Shown piece after piece: positions 19,898 through 31,300 of a stretch of 64,000 nucleotides of DNA (its first letter is position 1; each line of letters opens with the position of its first letter). The notes under the pieces were generated by a model. That model saw only the letters and a list, made by a program, of their open reading frames with translations, searched no databases and was not told the DNA's origin. The stretch spans positions 13,090 to 77,089 of the forward strand of contig QIGL01000052.1 in NCBI GenBank assembly GCA_003228915.1, in the 5' to 3' direction. Made by a program: the position numbers and the translations under genes. Source of the DNA: Acidiferrobacteraceae bacterium. GTDB taxonomy: Bacteria; Pseudomonadota; Gammaproteobacteria; Acidiferrobacterales; SZUA-150.

Positions 19898-21949
19898 ATG
19901 GAAAATCAGGCCAATAATAATCTGCTGGAGGTAACAGCACTCAAAACATGGATCGATACCGAGGGCGGGATTATTCATGCGGTTGACGGCGTTTCATTCA
20001 ATATCAGACCCGGCGAGACATTGGCTATACTTGGTGAATCTGGTTGTGGCAAGTCATTGACTGCATTATCTATTTTGCAACTAATACCAAAACCAGCTGG
20101 AAGAATCGTTTCCGGAAAAGTGATGTTCTCAGGCGAAAACCTGCTGGAGAAATCAGAGCAAGATATGCGGGAGATACGCGGCAGACGAATTGCCATGATT
20201 TTCCAGGAGCCCCAAAGTTCGCTTAACCCGGTAATGACTATTGGCCAACAAATAAAAGAAGTTATACCCGATAGAAAGAATAAATCCTCTGTTGAAATAA
20301 ATAAAGATATTGTCGGCTTACTGGATTCTGTCGGTATGTCAGATTCGGTCAGACGAATTAATGAATATCCCCATCAGCTTTCCGGTGGCATGAAACAGCG
20401 AGCGATGATTGCCATGGCACTTGCCAGTAAACCGGACATATTAATTGCCGATGAACCGACAACGGCACTTGATGTCACGATCCAGTCCCAGATACTTAAC
20501 TTGCTTGCCAGGTTGAAAAAAGAAAATAATATGTCCATCCTGTTAATTACTCACGATCTGGGCGTGGTTTCGCAAATGGCCGACAGGGTTATTTTGATGT
20601 ATGCCGGTGAGGTGGTTGAAGATGCGGATGCGGTAAGCTTTTTTGATGCGCCAAGACATCCTTATGCGCAAAAACTATTTCTATCAATTCCAGACAGATC
20701 AAAACGAAAAAAAAAGCTGGATATCATTCCGGGTATTGTTCCAACTTACGCAGGAGATTATCAAGGTTGCCGATTTTCAGAACGCTGCGACAAGGCATGG
20801 GACTTGTGTTTCCAGGAGCGGCCCCAATGGCGTGCGCAAGAAAAAAATGGTGTGCGATGCCATCTTTATAACAACACACTTGAGCCACAAGAAACGTCAG
20901 ATAAAAATATAGAACAGGGCCTTATTACTGCTGATGAAAAACAAGACAAAGCAGAAACATTACTTGATGTAAAGCAGTTAAAAGTGCACTTCCCAATCCA
21001 TAAAGGTATTTTCCGCAGAGTAGTAGGGCATGTAAAAGCGGTCGACGGCATTTCCCTGAAAATTGGCCGTGGCAGAACCGTCGCTATTGTTGGCGAATCG
21101 GGTTGTGGCAAAACGACGGCAGGTAAGGCGATATTACAGCTCATTAAACCCAGTTCGGGGGAGGTAATTTACGATGGTGCGAGACTTACGAAAATTACCG
21201 GGGAAGAATTAAGACAGTTACGTAAAAATTTTCAAATAATTTTCCAGGATCCTTATGCCTCTCTTAACCCCAGGATGCTGGTGGGAGAAAGTATCGCAGA
21301 GGGTTTGCATGCGCTAAAACTGGAAAGTTCTAAAGCGGCGATACAAACTAGAGTAAAAAAACTACTGACCCAGGTGGGCATGCCAGTGGATTCTTATGGG
21401 CGCTACCCCCATGAGTTCTCGGGTGGCCAGAGGCAACGTATTAGCATTGCCAGGGCGCTGGCGGTTAGTCCTGATTTAATTGTTTGTGATGAACCGACCA
21501 GTGCCCTGGATGTTTCGGTGCAGGCGCAAATTTTAAATTTACTAAACGATTTACAGAATGAGCTGTCTTTAAGCTACTTGTTTATCACCCACGATATTTC
21601 TGTTGTAGAATATCTTGCCCACGAAGTGGCGGTGATGTACCTGGGCAGGATAGTAGAGTTTGGGACTGCCGCAGATATCCTGGATAACCCGCTTCATCCT
21701 TATACCCAGGCGTTATTATCGGCGGTTCCTGTAATATCGAAAACTGGCAATACTGGTTATAAAGGTGACTCGCAGGTTTTATTGGCTGGTGATATTCCTT
21801 CGCCCAGCAAGCCACCGGCCGGTTGTCATTTTCATGTCCGTTGCCCACAAGCAACCGAGATATGTCGTCAACAATACCCTGCGGAAACCAAAACGGGCGA
21901 TTCACATACGGTATTTTGCCACTTGTTCGAGTCTGACGAACAACACTAG
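19898..21949 (+). CDS. Fused double ATP-binding protein of an ABC transporter (YejF-like)
   Basis: Two Walker A motifs (GESGCGKS, GESGCGKT), two LSGG signatures, and two Cys-containing oligopeptide-type C-terminal tails. Confidence 0.9.
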   Translation: MENQANNNLLEVTALKTWIDTEGGIIHAVDGVSFNIRPGETLAILGESGCGKSLTALSILQLIPKPAGRIVSGKVMFSGENLLEKSEQDMREIRGRRIAMIFQEPQSSLNPVMTIGQQIKEVIPDRKNKSSVEINKDIVGLLDSVGMSDSVRRINEYPHQLSGGMKQRAMIAMALASKPDILIADEPTTALDVTIQSQILNLLARLKKENNMSILLITHDLGVVSQMADRVILMYAGEVVEDADAVSFFDAPRHPYAQKLFLSIPDRSKRKKKLDIIPGIVPTYAGDYQGCRFSERCDKAWDLCFQERPQWRAQEKNGVRCHLYNNTLEPQETSDKNIEQGLITADEKQDKAETLLDVKQLKVHFPIHKGIFRRVVGHVKAVDGISLKIGRGRTVAIVGESGCGKTTAGKAILQLIKPSSGEVIYDGARLTKITGEELRQLRKNFQIIFQDPYASLNPRMLVGESIAEGLHALKLESSKAAIQTRVKKLLTQVGMPVDSYGRYPHEFSGGQRQRISIARALAVSPDLIVCDEPTSALDVSVQAQILNLLNDLQNELSLSYLFITHDISVVEYLAHEVAVMYLGRIVEFGTAADILDNPLHPYTQALLSAVPVISKTGNTGYKGDSQVLLAGDIPSPSKPPAGCHFHVRCPQATEICRQQYPAETKTGDSHTVFCHLFESDEQH

Positions 21950-22014
21950 CCAAACTGGACATACCTGAAACCGGTGGTTGTCTAGCGTTAATCCCCCTGG
22001 ACTTTATTCAGACA

Positions 22015-23268
22015 TTACGATGGCCCTGCCACGTTAAAACGTGCTTCTTTGGGAAGCGTCTCCAGTGCAGCTAAAAGCGCACTTCCCGGATCCGTAACAT
22101 AGCTGTTTGATTTGTCCCAGGCATAACCCGCCAACACGGAACAGATTCGATCCTTGATTGATGCCGGTTTGTTTTTATAGAAAAATAACCACTGCAGCTC
22201 ACCCGTATACCACGCTTTTACATATTGTCGGAAGCAGTTTACGCCACCAGATAAGTAGTCTGCATAATCTTTCTGAATGTCCACATTTTCGCCATTCAGG
22301 AATTTCCCCACCACTTCCTGGGCTTTGTATGCCGACTCAACTGCAAGGGTGACACCGGATGAGAATACGGGGTCGAGAAACTCGGTTGCGTTGCCTAAAA
22401 GTATATACCTGTCTCCGCAAAGTTTTTTAATACCAATAGAATAACCTTCTATTTTTTTGGATGGCATTGTGAATTCCATCTCGGACAGTCTCTTTTTCAA
22501 AGATGGCTCTTGTAAAAGCAGGCTTTTAAGTTTGGCATCATCATCTGTACCCTCGGCCTGGTTAATTACTTCAGGCAAGGCCACGACTCCTACCGAGGTA
22601 GTTCCGTTCGAGAAGGGTATAACCCAAATCCATCCGCCTTGTGGCAAAGTTACGATCCATATGTATCCTTCGTCATAATCAGGTGGCCGCCGATCATTTT
22701 TTATATGGGTGAAAAGTGATACGCGAAACTCAAGGTCAGAAGGGGTATTAAGATCGAGAAGTTTTGGTAAGACTCTGCCATAACCACTGCCATCTAAAAC
22801 AAATTTTGCTTTAATACGTTCCTGTTTTTGGTTGCCGGTGTCTTGATAATTAATAATGGCGCCATCATCATTAAACTCAACGCCGGTCACCTCTTTTTTG
22901 TACCGAATGTCTGCCCCTTTTTCCTGGGCTGCATCAGCCAGTGCCTTGTCGAAATCGCTTCTTGGTACCTGGTAGGAGTAATCCCAACCGCCGTGGCTGG
23001 TTTCGGTAAAATTAAACTGTTCTCTTGTTTCCCCGCGAAAAAAAACAGCGCCGCCTTTTTTCATGAAGTTGCATTTTTCTATAGCTTTATGGAGACCAAC
23101 TTTTTGCAGGATATCATTACACCTGGGCAGCAAGGATTCACCAATGACGAATCTTGGGAAAACTTCTTTTTCAAGTATGGTTACCCGTTTACCCTGATTT
23201 AACAGGCCTGCCGCCGCTACCGCACCTGCCGGGCCTGCCCCTATTATTAATACGTCAGTATTTTCCAT
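22015..23268 (-). CDS. FAD-dependent oxidoreductase with flavin-dependent halogenase motifs
   Basis: N-terminal GAGPAGA dinucleotide fold. GWIWVIPF matches the WxWxIP halogenase signature. 417 aa. Confidence 0.7.
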   Translation of the reverse strand: MENTDVLIIGAGPAGAVAAAGLLNQGKRVTILEKEVFPRFVIGESLLPRCNDILQKVGLHKAIEKCNFMKKGGAVFFRGETREQFNFTETSHGGWDYSYQVPRSDFDKALADAAQEKGADIRYKKEVTGVEFNDDGAIINYQDTGNQKQERIKAKFVLDGSGYGRVLPKLLDLNTPSDLEFRVSLFTHIKNDRRPPDYDEGYIWIVTLPQGGWIWVIPFSNGTTSVGVVALPEVINQAEGTDDDAKLKSLLLQEPSLKKRLSEMEFTMPSKKIEGYSIGIKKLCGDRYILLGNATEFLDPVFSSGVTLAVESAYKAQEVVGKFLNGENVDIQKDYADYLSGGVNCFRQYVKAWYTGELQWLFFYKNKPASIKDRICSVLAGYAWDKSNSYVTDPGSALLAALETLPKEARFNVAGPS

Positions 23269-23568
23269 CGATTGATGTCTCCTGTTGTAGAGTAGAAATT
23301 ATGGTGAGTGTTACCAGGGTTGATTCCCTTTTTCCCGGACAAATATTATTCCGGTAAAAAAAGCCTAGCAAGGGACATAAGTTGGTTAAACTTATGTCAC
23401 CAGGTACAAATTGGGCCAATACTGTGACCCGGTGACTTTTATCAAAATTGGTTTAGGCGTGGCGTGATGCCACAGGAAGGTATGACTCTGTAAAGTGGAT
23501 GTACCTTAAGTGCTGATAGAAACTTTACTGCGGGCAGGGCAATACGAATAATTTTTTGCTCGCCAGGT

Positions 23569-25086
23569 TCATGCTGTTGGCGCTTGATCTGGTTTGACCC
23601 AAATATTTAATTTTTGGCCCAATTGTAACTTTGAGCGTCTGCTGATTAAATTCCAACTGGTGATTTGGCCAATGTAGACGCCATATTTTACAGCAATGCT
23701 CCATAAAGTGTCGCCTTTGCGAACATTGTGAACGACAACAACCGTGCCTTTAGGTGGTGTTGCTTTTTTCCTGGTATACCTGACGGGTTTGGTAACATTT
23801 CCGGAATAAGCAGTAATAGTCCGACTCGAGATGGGTATTAAAAGATTACTACCCGCCCGGATGCGACTACTGCGCAATCGGTTGGCTTGTTTGATTGATG
23901 AAACACTGACACGATATTTTCTGCCTATGGAACTTAAGCTGTCTCCATTGCGAACGTAGTGTCGCCTCCACCTGATTCTGTCTTTTTCTGGCAGTGTTTC
24001 CAGAACAGAAATAACGGCATCGGCTTTGTCAGTAGGCACCAGCAAATGGAAAGGCCCTTGTGGTGCCGTTGCCCATCGTTTAAAGCCGGGATTAATATCG
24101 TATAAATCGCCCAGCTCCATACCAGATTTTTTTGCCAGAATGCTCAGGTCTATTTGCGAGCCAATGTCTACCTGTTGGAAGTAGGGCTGGTTGGGAATAT
24201 GGTCAATCGTTATGCCATATTTTTCCGGATCGGCAATGACGTTCGCCAGGGCGATTAACTTGGGCACATAGTTGCGAGTCTCTGCCTTGAGAGTACGCAG
24301 GTCGGTGTAACCGTCATTGCGACCTTTTTTACGATTGTAGGCGCGAGCTCGACCCACGCGGCCTTCGCCAGCGTTATAAGCGGCCAGGGCCAGGGCCCAG
24401 TCGCCATCAAATTCTTTATGCAGTTTTCCCAGATAATTCAGTGCTGCGTCGGTGGCTGCCATCACGTCGCGACGACCGTCATACCACCAGTTTCGTTCCA
24501 GGCCGTAAAGTTGGCCGGTTGACGGAATAAATTGCCACAAGCCAGCAGCGCGGGCCCGTGAATAGGCGTGGGGTTTAAAGGCACTTTCTATGCCTGGCAG
24601 GAGAGCGATTTCCATGGGATAACCCCGTTTTTCTACTTCTTCGACTATGTAAAACAGGTACAGCCGGGCACGGGTTACCAGGCGGTTCATATATTCCGGG
24701 TTTCTGGCAAACCATTTTTCATGACGTTCAATATAGGGGCTATCCAGAGACGGCAGGGCATAACCGCTGCGTAGTCGGTCCCAGAGGTCATCAAATTTAG
24801 CTGTTTGTTCGCCATCAACCTCGGTACGGGCATTATCCAGGGGGTTATCAAGTGCCTGGGCCTGAATGCTGCTATTAGCAGGCAAGGTGCTAATCTGGAT
24901 GCCATTGGGTAATTGTTCAGTTTCCTGAGTTTTGCCATCGAGAGAGGCGCAGCCTGACAGGAGTAACAGCAACGATAGGACGGTAAACGCTAAAAATAGA
25001 CGTATATTGGTACGTTTTGGATCTGTTGATCCAGGGAGTGATTTTACGCCAATTGATTTTACGGCAGCTAAATAAGAGGCCTGCAT
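23569..25086 (-). CDS. mltD: Membrane-bound lytic murein transglycosylase D-like lipoprotein with LysM repeats
   Basis: Lipobox LLLSGC, SLT-type catalytic region (ESAFKPHAYSRARAAGLWQF), two C-terminal LysM-like segments. Position next to gloB as in E. coli. Confidence 0.85.
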   Translation of the reverse strand: MQASYLAAVKSIGVKSLPGSTDPKRTNIRLFLAFTVLSLLLLLSGCASLDGKTQETEQLPNGIQISTLPANSSIQAQALDNPLDNARTEVDGEQTAKFDDLWDRLRSGYALPSLDSPYIERHEKWFARNPEYMNRLVTRARLYLFYIVEEVEKRGYPMEIALLPGIESAFKPHAYSRARAAGLWQFIPSTGQLYGLERNWWYDGRRDVMAATDAALNYLGKLHKEFDGDWALALAAYNAGEGRVGRARAYNRKKGRNDGYTDLRTLKAETRNYVPKLIALANVIADPEKYGITIDHIPNQPYFQQVDIGSQIDLSILAKKSGMELGDLYDINPGFKRWATAPQGPFHLLVPTDKADAVISVLETLPEKDRIRWRRHYVRNGDSLSSIGRKYRVSVSSIKQANRLRSSRIRAGSNLLIPISSRTITAYSGNVTKPVRYTRKKATPPKGTVVVVHNVRKGDTLWSIAVKYGVYIGQITSWNLISRRSKLQLGQKLNIWVKPDQAPTA

Positions 25087-25157
25087 AGTTTTATTTTTCC
25101 TTTTTCTTACAACTAAATACTAGAAATAACTCGAAACTTCGTCAACTATAAATGTCA

Positions 25158-25925
25158 CTAAAAGTCATCCTTCCATCGGCGAATGGCCGCAAATACGGCC
25201 ACTTCTGAATCCAGCGGTTGTTTGCTGTAAACCTCGGCGGCATTAATAACAGATTTTTCGTGAATTCTTAAAAATGGGTTTACCTTTTTTTCCGAAGCCA
25301 TGTCCGACGGTAAACTTGGTTCAAAACGGGCTCTTTTTGCCTGTGTCGCACTAATAAGTTCATGAATATGCTCGTTTTCTGGCTCAACAGCCAGGGCAAA
25401 CTTCAGGTTAGCCAGGGTGTATTCGTGGGCGCAGTATACACGGGTTGTATCGGGTAAAGCCGCAAATTTTGCCAGTGATGCAGTCATTTGTTCAGCAGTT
25501 CCTTCAAATAAGCGACCACAGCCGCCTGAAAACAGGGTATCGCCGCAAAACAGGCTGTCCTGGCCGTAATAGGCAATATGGCCACGGGTATGTCCGGGCA
25601 CTGACAGCACCCGTAAGCTCAGATCCAGGGACGGGAATTCAACCAGATCTCCTTCATTGAGTGGTTTATTGACGGCCGCAATTTTTTCCATCGCGGGGCC
25701 ATAAACCGGGATCTGGTACTGGTGGGCGATCGCAGCGGCACCCCCTACGTGATCATAATGGTGATGGGTGCAAAGTATGGCAATGGGCTTGAGAGACTGG
25801 GCCGAGAGCTGCTTCAGAACAGGCGTTTCATCGCCTGGATCGACAATGACAACCTCCTTGTTCTGGCCACAAATAAGCCAGATATAGTTGTCCTCAAAGG
25901 CCTCAACGTGTAAAACTTCAATCAT
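25158..25925 (-). CDS. gloB: Hydroxyacylglutathione hydrolase (glyoxalase II)
   Basis: 255 aa with the metallo-beta-lactamase motif THHHYDHVGG. Confidence 0.9.
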   Translation of the reverse strand: MIEVLHVEAFEDNYIWLICGQNKEVVIVDPGDETPVLKQLSAQSLKPIAILCTHHHYDHVGGAAAIAHQYQIPVYGPAMEKIAAVNKPLNEGDLVEFPSLDLSLRVLSVPGHTRGHIAYYGQDSLFCGDTLFSGGCGRLFEGTAEQMTASLAKFAALPDTTRVYCAHEYTLANLKFALAVEPENEHIHELISATQAKRARFEPSLPSDMASEKKVNPFLRIHEKSVINAAEVYSKQPLDSEVAVFAAIRRWKDDF

Positions 25926-25960
25926 GGTAGAGAGTGTCCAAGGCTAGGGGTGGTGTGTCA

Positions 25961-26788
25961 ATGAAACAGGAACCGTTCCCTAAAAATTCTGGCAAGTCTG
26001 TTTTGGCAGAGGCTTATGGCCTGCGACGGCGACTGGTTTACTGGTTCGATCAGCCACTTGGGCGTTTGCTGCAAGCCGCAATCACCAGTCATTTAAATAC
26101 GGTCCTGCCATCGTTATTCGGGAACACTATTCTGCAGCTGGGTCGTATTGGCCACATGCAGCTTATGGACGAGTCAGTTGCACCCACTTCGATATTGCTC
26201 GATATTGATCCCCTTAATACCGCTAACAATGCCGTCAGCGCCCAGGCTCACGAATTACCTTTTGATGCCAGAAGTATCGATATTGCCATATTGCCTCACA
26301 CACTGGATTTTGCAGACGATCCCCACAGAATTTTGCGAGAAATAGACCGGGTTCTGAGTCCCGATGGCCATGCCGTTATTGTCGGTTTTAACCCCTATAG
26401 CTTCTGGGGTCTGCGCACTATTTTTTCCCGCAAACACACACAGGTTCCCTGGAACGCCAAGTATTTTAGTACTGCAAGAATAAAAGACTGGATGTCATTG
26501 CTTGGTTATGAAGTGCAAAGCATACAACCCTTATTTTATCGGCCACCGTTGAAAAACCAGAAACTTATGCAACGACTATTTTTTCTTGAGAAGCTAGGTA
26601 ACAGGATATGGCCACAGGCCGCTGCGGTTTATGTCATCGTGGCAAAAAAACAAATGTTGGTTATGACGCCGATTCAATCAAGCTGGAAATCCCGCAAGAA
26701 TTTTATTCATGGCCTGGCAGAACCTGCTGCCAAAGTCATCCACCCCCGGGTACCCCAATGGCGTTTACACCGTGACAGCCAGAGTTAA
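25961..26788 (+). CDS. Class I SAM-dependent methyltransferase (YafS-like)
   Basis: Sits between gloB and rnhA as E. coli yafS does. The ORF is open from 25934 (GTG); ATG at 25961 is taken as the start. Confidence 0.7.
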   Translation: MKQEPFPKNSGKSVLAEAYGLRRRLVYWFDQPLGRLLQAAITSHLNTVLPSLFGNTILQLGRIGHMQLMDESVAPTSILLDIDPLNTANNAVSAQAHELPFDARSIDIAILPHTLDFADDPHRILREIDRVLSPDGHAVIVGFNPYSFWGLRTIFSRKHTQVPWNAKYFSTARIKDWMSLLGYEVQSIQPLFYRPPLKNQKLMQRLFFLEKLGNRIWPQAAAVYVIVAKKQMLVMTPIQSSWKSRKNFIHGLAEPAAKVIHPRVPQWRLHRDSQS

Positions 26789-27212
26789 GATTTATACTGA
26801 TGGCGCCTGTCGCGGTAATCCTGGTCCCGGTGGCTGGGGTGCAATTCTCTATTACGGTGATCACGAAAAAGAACTGTATGGTGGCGAGAACCCGACTACC
26901 AATAACCGGATGGAGCTAATGGCCGCTATCCAGGCACTGGAAATACTCACAAAAGACTGTGAAGTTGATCTAACCACTGACTCACAATATGTGCGCAAAG
27001 GTATTACTGAATGGTTGGCTAACTGGAAACGTAATGGTTGGCGTACTGCCAATAGAAAATCCGTCAAGAATGCTGATTTATGGCAGCGACTTGACGAAGC
27101 CACACGTGCACATAAAGTTAACTGGCACTGGGTAAAAGGCCATAGTGGCCACCCGGACAACGAACGTGCCGACCTGTTGGCAAATCGTGGCATCGACGAA
27201 GCCGCTGCCTGA
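26772..27212 (+). CDS. rnhA: Ribonuclease HI
   Basis: [20 protein letters not shown]...NNRMELMA...TDSQYV...[15 protein letters not shown]. The ORF is open from 26709. GTG at 26772 gives a typical-length protein and overlaps the upstream stop. Confidence 0.9.
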   Translation: MTARVKIYTDGACRGNPGPGGWGAILYYGDHEKELYGGENPTTNNRMELMAAIQALEILTKDCEVDLTTDSQYVRKGITEWLANWKRNGWRTANRKSVKNADLWQRLDEATRAHKVNWHWVKGHSGHPDNERADLLANRGIDEAAA

Positions 27213-27251
27213 CGTATTTACTGATACATTAAAAAGTAGAGGACTCAACGT

Positions 27252-27971
27252 TTGCGACAAATCGTACTTGATACAGAAACAACAGGACTTGAGCCATCTA
27301 ATGGCCATCGAATTATTGAAATTGGTTGTGTCGAGCTGGTCAATCGTCGTTTGACCGGAAATAATTACCAACAGTATATCCAGCCAGACCGGGAGAGTGA
27401 TCCGGGGGCGCTGGAGGTTCATGGTATTACCAGTAAATTTCTGGCAGACAAGCCACGCTTCGAAAATATTGTCGGTGACTTTTTTGAATATATAAAGGGC
27501 GCCGAGCTTATTATTCATAATGCACCATTTGATACCGGTTTTATAAACGCAGAAGTCAATCGCTTAAAAAAAACTGAATTTTCAAAACTTGCAGATACTT
27601 GCAAGATTACCGATACATTAAAAATGGCGCGGACAATGCATCCCGGCCAAAAAAATAACCTGGATGCATTGTGTAAACGATACGAAATAGATAATAGCCA
27701 GCGCACCCTGCACGGTGCGTTACTCGATGCGGAAATACTGGCCGATGTTTACCTGGCCATGACGGGTGGCCAAACGGGGTTGTTTGAAGATCGGTTGGGG
27801 CAAAGTAAAAGCGATCCTGCATCTGCAGCAATCAGGCGATTGTCCGCTGAGCGAAACCCTCTGAAAGTGATACAACCCACAGAGAAAGAAAACGCCGAAC
27901 ACAATTTGTGGCTGGATAAACTGGAACAAGCCAGTGATGGCCAGTGCCTGTGGAAAAAAATGAACCTGTAA
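27252..27971 (+). CDS. dnaQ: DNA polymerase III epsilon subunit (3'-5' exonuclease)
   Basis: Exo motifs VLDTETTGL, HNAPFDTGF and HGALLDAEILADVY. Position after rnhA. Confidence 0.9.
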   Translation: MRQIVLDTETTGLEPSNGHRIIEIGCVELVNRRLTGNNYQQYIQPDRESDPGALEVHGITSKFLADKPRFENIVGDFFEYIKGAELIIHNAPFDTGFINAEVNRLKKTEFSKLADTCKITDTLKMARTMHPGQKNNLDALCKRYEIDNSQRTLHGALLDAEILADVYLAMTGGQTGLFEDRLGQSKSDPASAAIRRLSAERNPLKVIQPTEKENAEHNLWLDKLEQASDGQCLWKKMNL

Positions 27972-28322
27972 GGAAGTAATTTCTTTGCTCGCACCTGTGT
28001 CATTAAAAAGCCCTGGGCTCATGATGGACGATATTTGCGAAAACATATAACAACAAAGGACATGGAAAAGCGTTAATAACTACATGATTTAACAGGGCAC
28101 GTGACGCTAAACAGTCGTTTATCGGGCAATTTTGTTGATTTATGCTACCATTGGTTTCAAGAAATCCCGGTCATTAATATATGTGGTATTTCTGTCGTAT
28201 CTGGGGAGGTATCGACAGAGCAGGGCGGCCTCGGATACATTAAATACTGTAAGGGGCAATTAGTTCAGTTATAACAAGTAACATATTGCTGGCGTAATTC
28301 TGGGTTCATAGTGGTTGTAGTT

Positions 28323-31300
28323 ATGGTGAAACAGAGTATTAGTAACTACAGGCCATTCCTCTCTTCCCTGATAGTTTCATTTTTCCTTCTAATTCTTGCC
28401 AGCTGTGGCGGTGGCGGCGGTTCTGGGGGCGGCGGTTCTGGTGGTGGTGATACAACTCCGCCCACTGTGTCATCGACAGTACCGACAATTAATGCAACTG
28501 GTGCTGGCCTAAGCAGCGCATTCGCTGCAACATTTTCCGAGGCCCTGAACCCGGCCACAATTTCAACCGCAAGCTTTTCGGTTGTTGTCACCAGTGGTGG
28601 GGCGCCGGTATCTGGCACGGTGTCATATAATGGTGTCACTGCGACATTTACACCGGACAGTGTTTTGCCAGGGAATACACAATTCACCGCAACCTTAACA
28701 GGCGGCGCCGGCAATATTACTGACCTGGCAGGTAATCCTCTGGCCGCAGACTATGTCTGGAGTTTTACCACCGGCATAGCTCCGGATGGTACGCCGCCCA
28801 CTGTGTCATCGACCGTGCCGACAGCGAATGCCACGGGCGTTTCTTTGAATAGCGCAGTCACTGCTACATTTTCCGAGGCCCTGAACCCGGCCACAATTTC
28901 AACCGCAACCTTTTCGGTTGTTGTCACCAGTGGTGGGGCACCGGTATCAGGCGCAGTGACCTACAATGGCGTCACTGCAACGTTTACACCAGGCAGTGCT
29001 TTGGCCGGGGATACGCAATTCACTGCAACCTTGACAGGCGGTACCGGTAATATTGCTGATTTGGCTGACAACGTGTTGGTCGCGGATTATGTCTGGAGTT
29101 TTACCACCGGCCCGGCGCCGGACAGTACGTCGCCAACAGTATCATCGACCGTGCCGACAGCGAATGCCACGGGCGTTTCTTTGAACAGTGCAGTCGCTGC
29201 AACATTTTCCGAGGCCTTGAACCCGGCAACCATTTCAACCGCAACCTTTTCGGTTGTTGTCACCAGTGGTGGGGCACCGGTATCAGGCGCAGTGACCTAC
29301 AATGGCGTGACTGCAACGTTTACCCCCAGCAGTGCCTTACCGGCGGACACACAACTCACTGCAACCTTAACCGGCGGTGCCGGCAATATTGCTGACCTGG
29401 CAGGCAATCCCCTGGCTGCGAGCTATACCTGGAGTTTTACTACCGGCCCGGCGCCGGACAGTACGTCGCCGACAGTATCATCGACAGTGCCGACAACGAA
29501 TGCCACGGGCGTTTCTTTAAACAGCGCAATCTCTGCAACATTTTCCGAGGCCCTGGATCCGGCAACCATTTCAACGGCAAGCTTTTCGGTTGTCGTGACC
29601 AGTGGTGGGGCACCGGTATCTGGCACGGTGACCTACAATGGCGTCACGGCAACGTTTACCCCCAGCAGCGCTTTACCGGGGAGTACACAATTTACTGCAA
29701 CCTTAACAGGCACTGCCGGCAATATTGCTGATTTGGCAGGTAATCCGTTGGCTACGGACTATGTCTGGAGTTTTACTGCAGGCGCGGTTCCGGACAGTAC
29801 GTCGCCGACAGTATCATCGACCGTGCCGACAACGAATGCCACGGGCGTTTCTTTAAACAGCGCAATCTCTGCAACATTTTCCGAGGCCCTGAACCCGGCC
29901 ACAATTTCAACGGCAACCTTTTCTGTTGTCGTGACCAGTGGTGGAGCACCGGTACCAGGCACAGTAACCTATAATGGTGTTACTGCAACGTTTACCCCCA
30001 GCAGCGCTTTACCGGGGAGTACACAATTTACTGCAACCTTAACAGGCACTGCCGGCAATATTACTGACCTGGCAGGCAACCCTTTGACAACAAACTATGT
30101 CTGGAGTTTTACTACCGTCCCGCCACCGGACATCACGCCCCCCGCAGTATCATCGACTGTGCCGACAACGAATGCCACAGGCGTTTCTTTGAACAGCACA
30201 GTCACTGCAACATTTTCCGAGGCCCTGGATCCGGCAACCATTTCAACCGCAAGCTTTACGGTTGTTGTCACCAGTGGCGGGGCAACGGTGTCTGGTACGG
30301 TGTCATATAATGGCGTCACTGCGACGTTTACACCGGACAGTGTTTTGCCAGGGAATACACAATTCACCGCAACCTTAGCTGGTGGTGTCGGCAATATTAC
30401 TGACCTGGCAGGCAACCCTCTCGCTGCGAGCTACGTCTGGAGTTTTACCACGCAGCCAGATTTAATTCTCCCTGATGTCATAAGCCCGCTCAGCCCGGTC
30501 AGCAACGCAACCAATGTAGCGACCAATACGAACGTCAGCGCCACATTCTCGGAACCGATTACGCCTGGATCAGTGGTTTTCCTGCTCAATGGTCCTGGTG
30601 GTGCCGTTTCTACTTCACCACCCGCGCTTACTGGCAACAATGATTTCGTAACAATCAATCCTGCTGCATCGCTTGAAAATAATACCACTTATGTTGCCAC
30701 CATCAGTGCTGCTAGAGATATTGCTGGCAATAATCTGGCGATGCCTTTTAGCTGGAGTTTTACCACAGTACCTGCACCGGATACCGCGCCACCCACTGTG
30801 TCATCGCATACGCCAATTGTTGGTGCAACCGGTGTGTCGATTAATTCGGCAATTAGTATTATTTTTTCGGAGTCAATGAATCTGTTGACGATTAACGAAA
30901 CTAACATCACGATTGATGGTGGTGTCAGCGCAAGCTCGGTAACCTATAGCGGGGTGACTGCTGTTTTTACGCCGTCTGTTAATTTGGCCAATAACACCAC
31001 TTACACGGTTACCGTAACAACGGGTGCAACAGATGTAGCTGGAAATCCTATAGCTGCAAACTATACATTCAGTTTTACAACTGCAGCAGCACCAGACACA
31101 ACACCACCGACCGTGTCATCGACAGTGCCGGCAACGAATGCCACAGGTATATCTTTAAACAGCGCAGTAACCGCGACATTTTCCGAGGCCTTGAATCCAG
31201 CAACAATTATTTTATCAACCTTTTCTGTTGTTGAGACCATTGGTGGAGCACCGGTATTAGGCGCAGTGACCTATAATGGCGTCACTGCAACGTTTACCCC

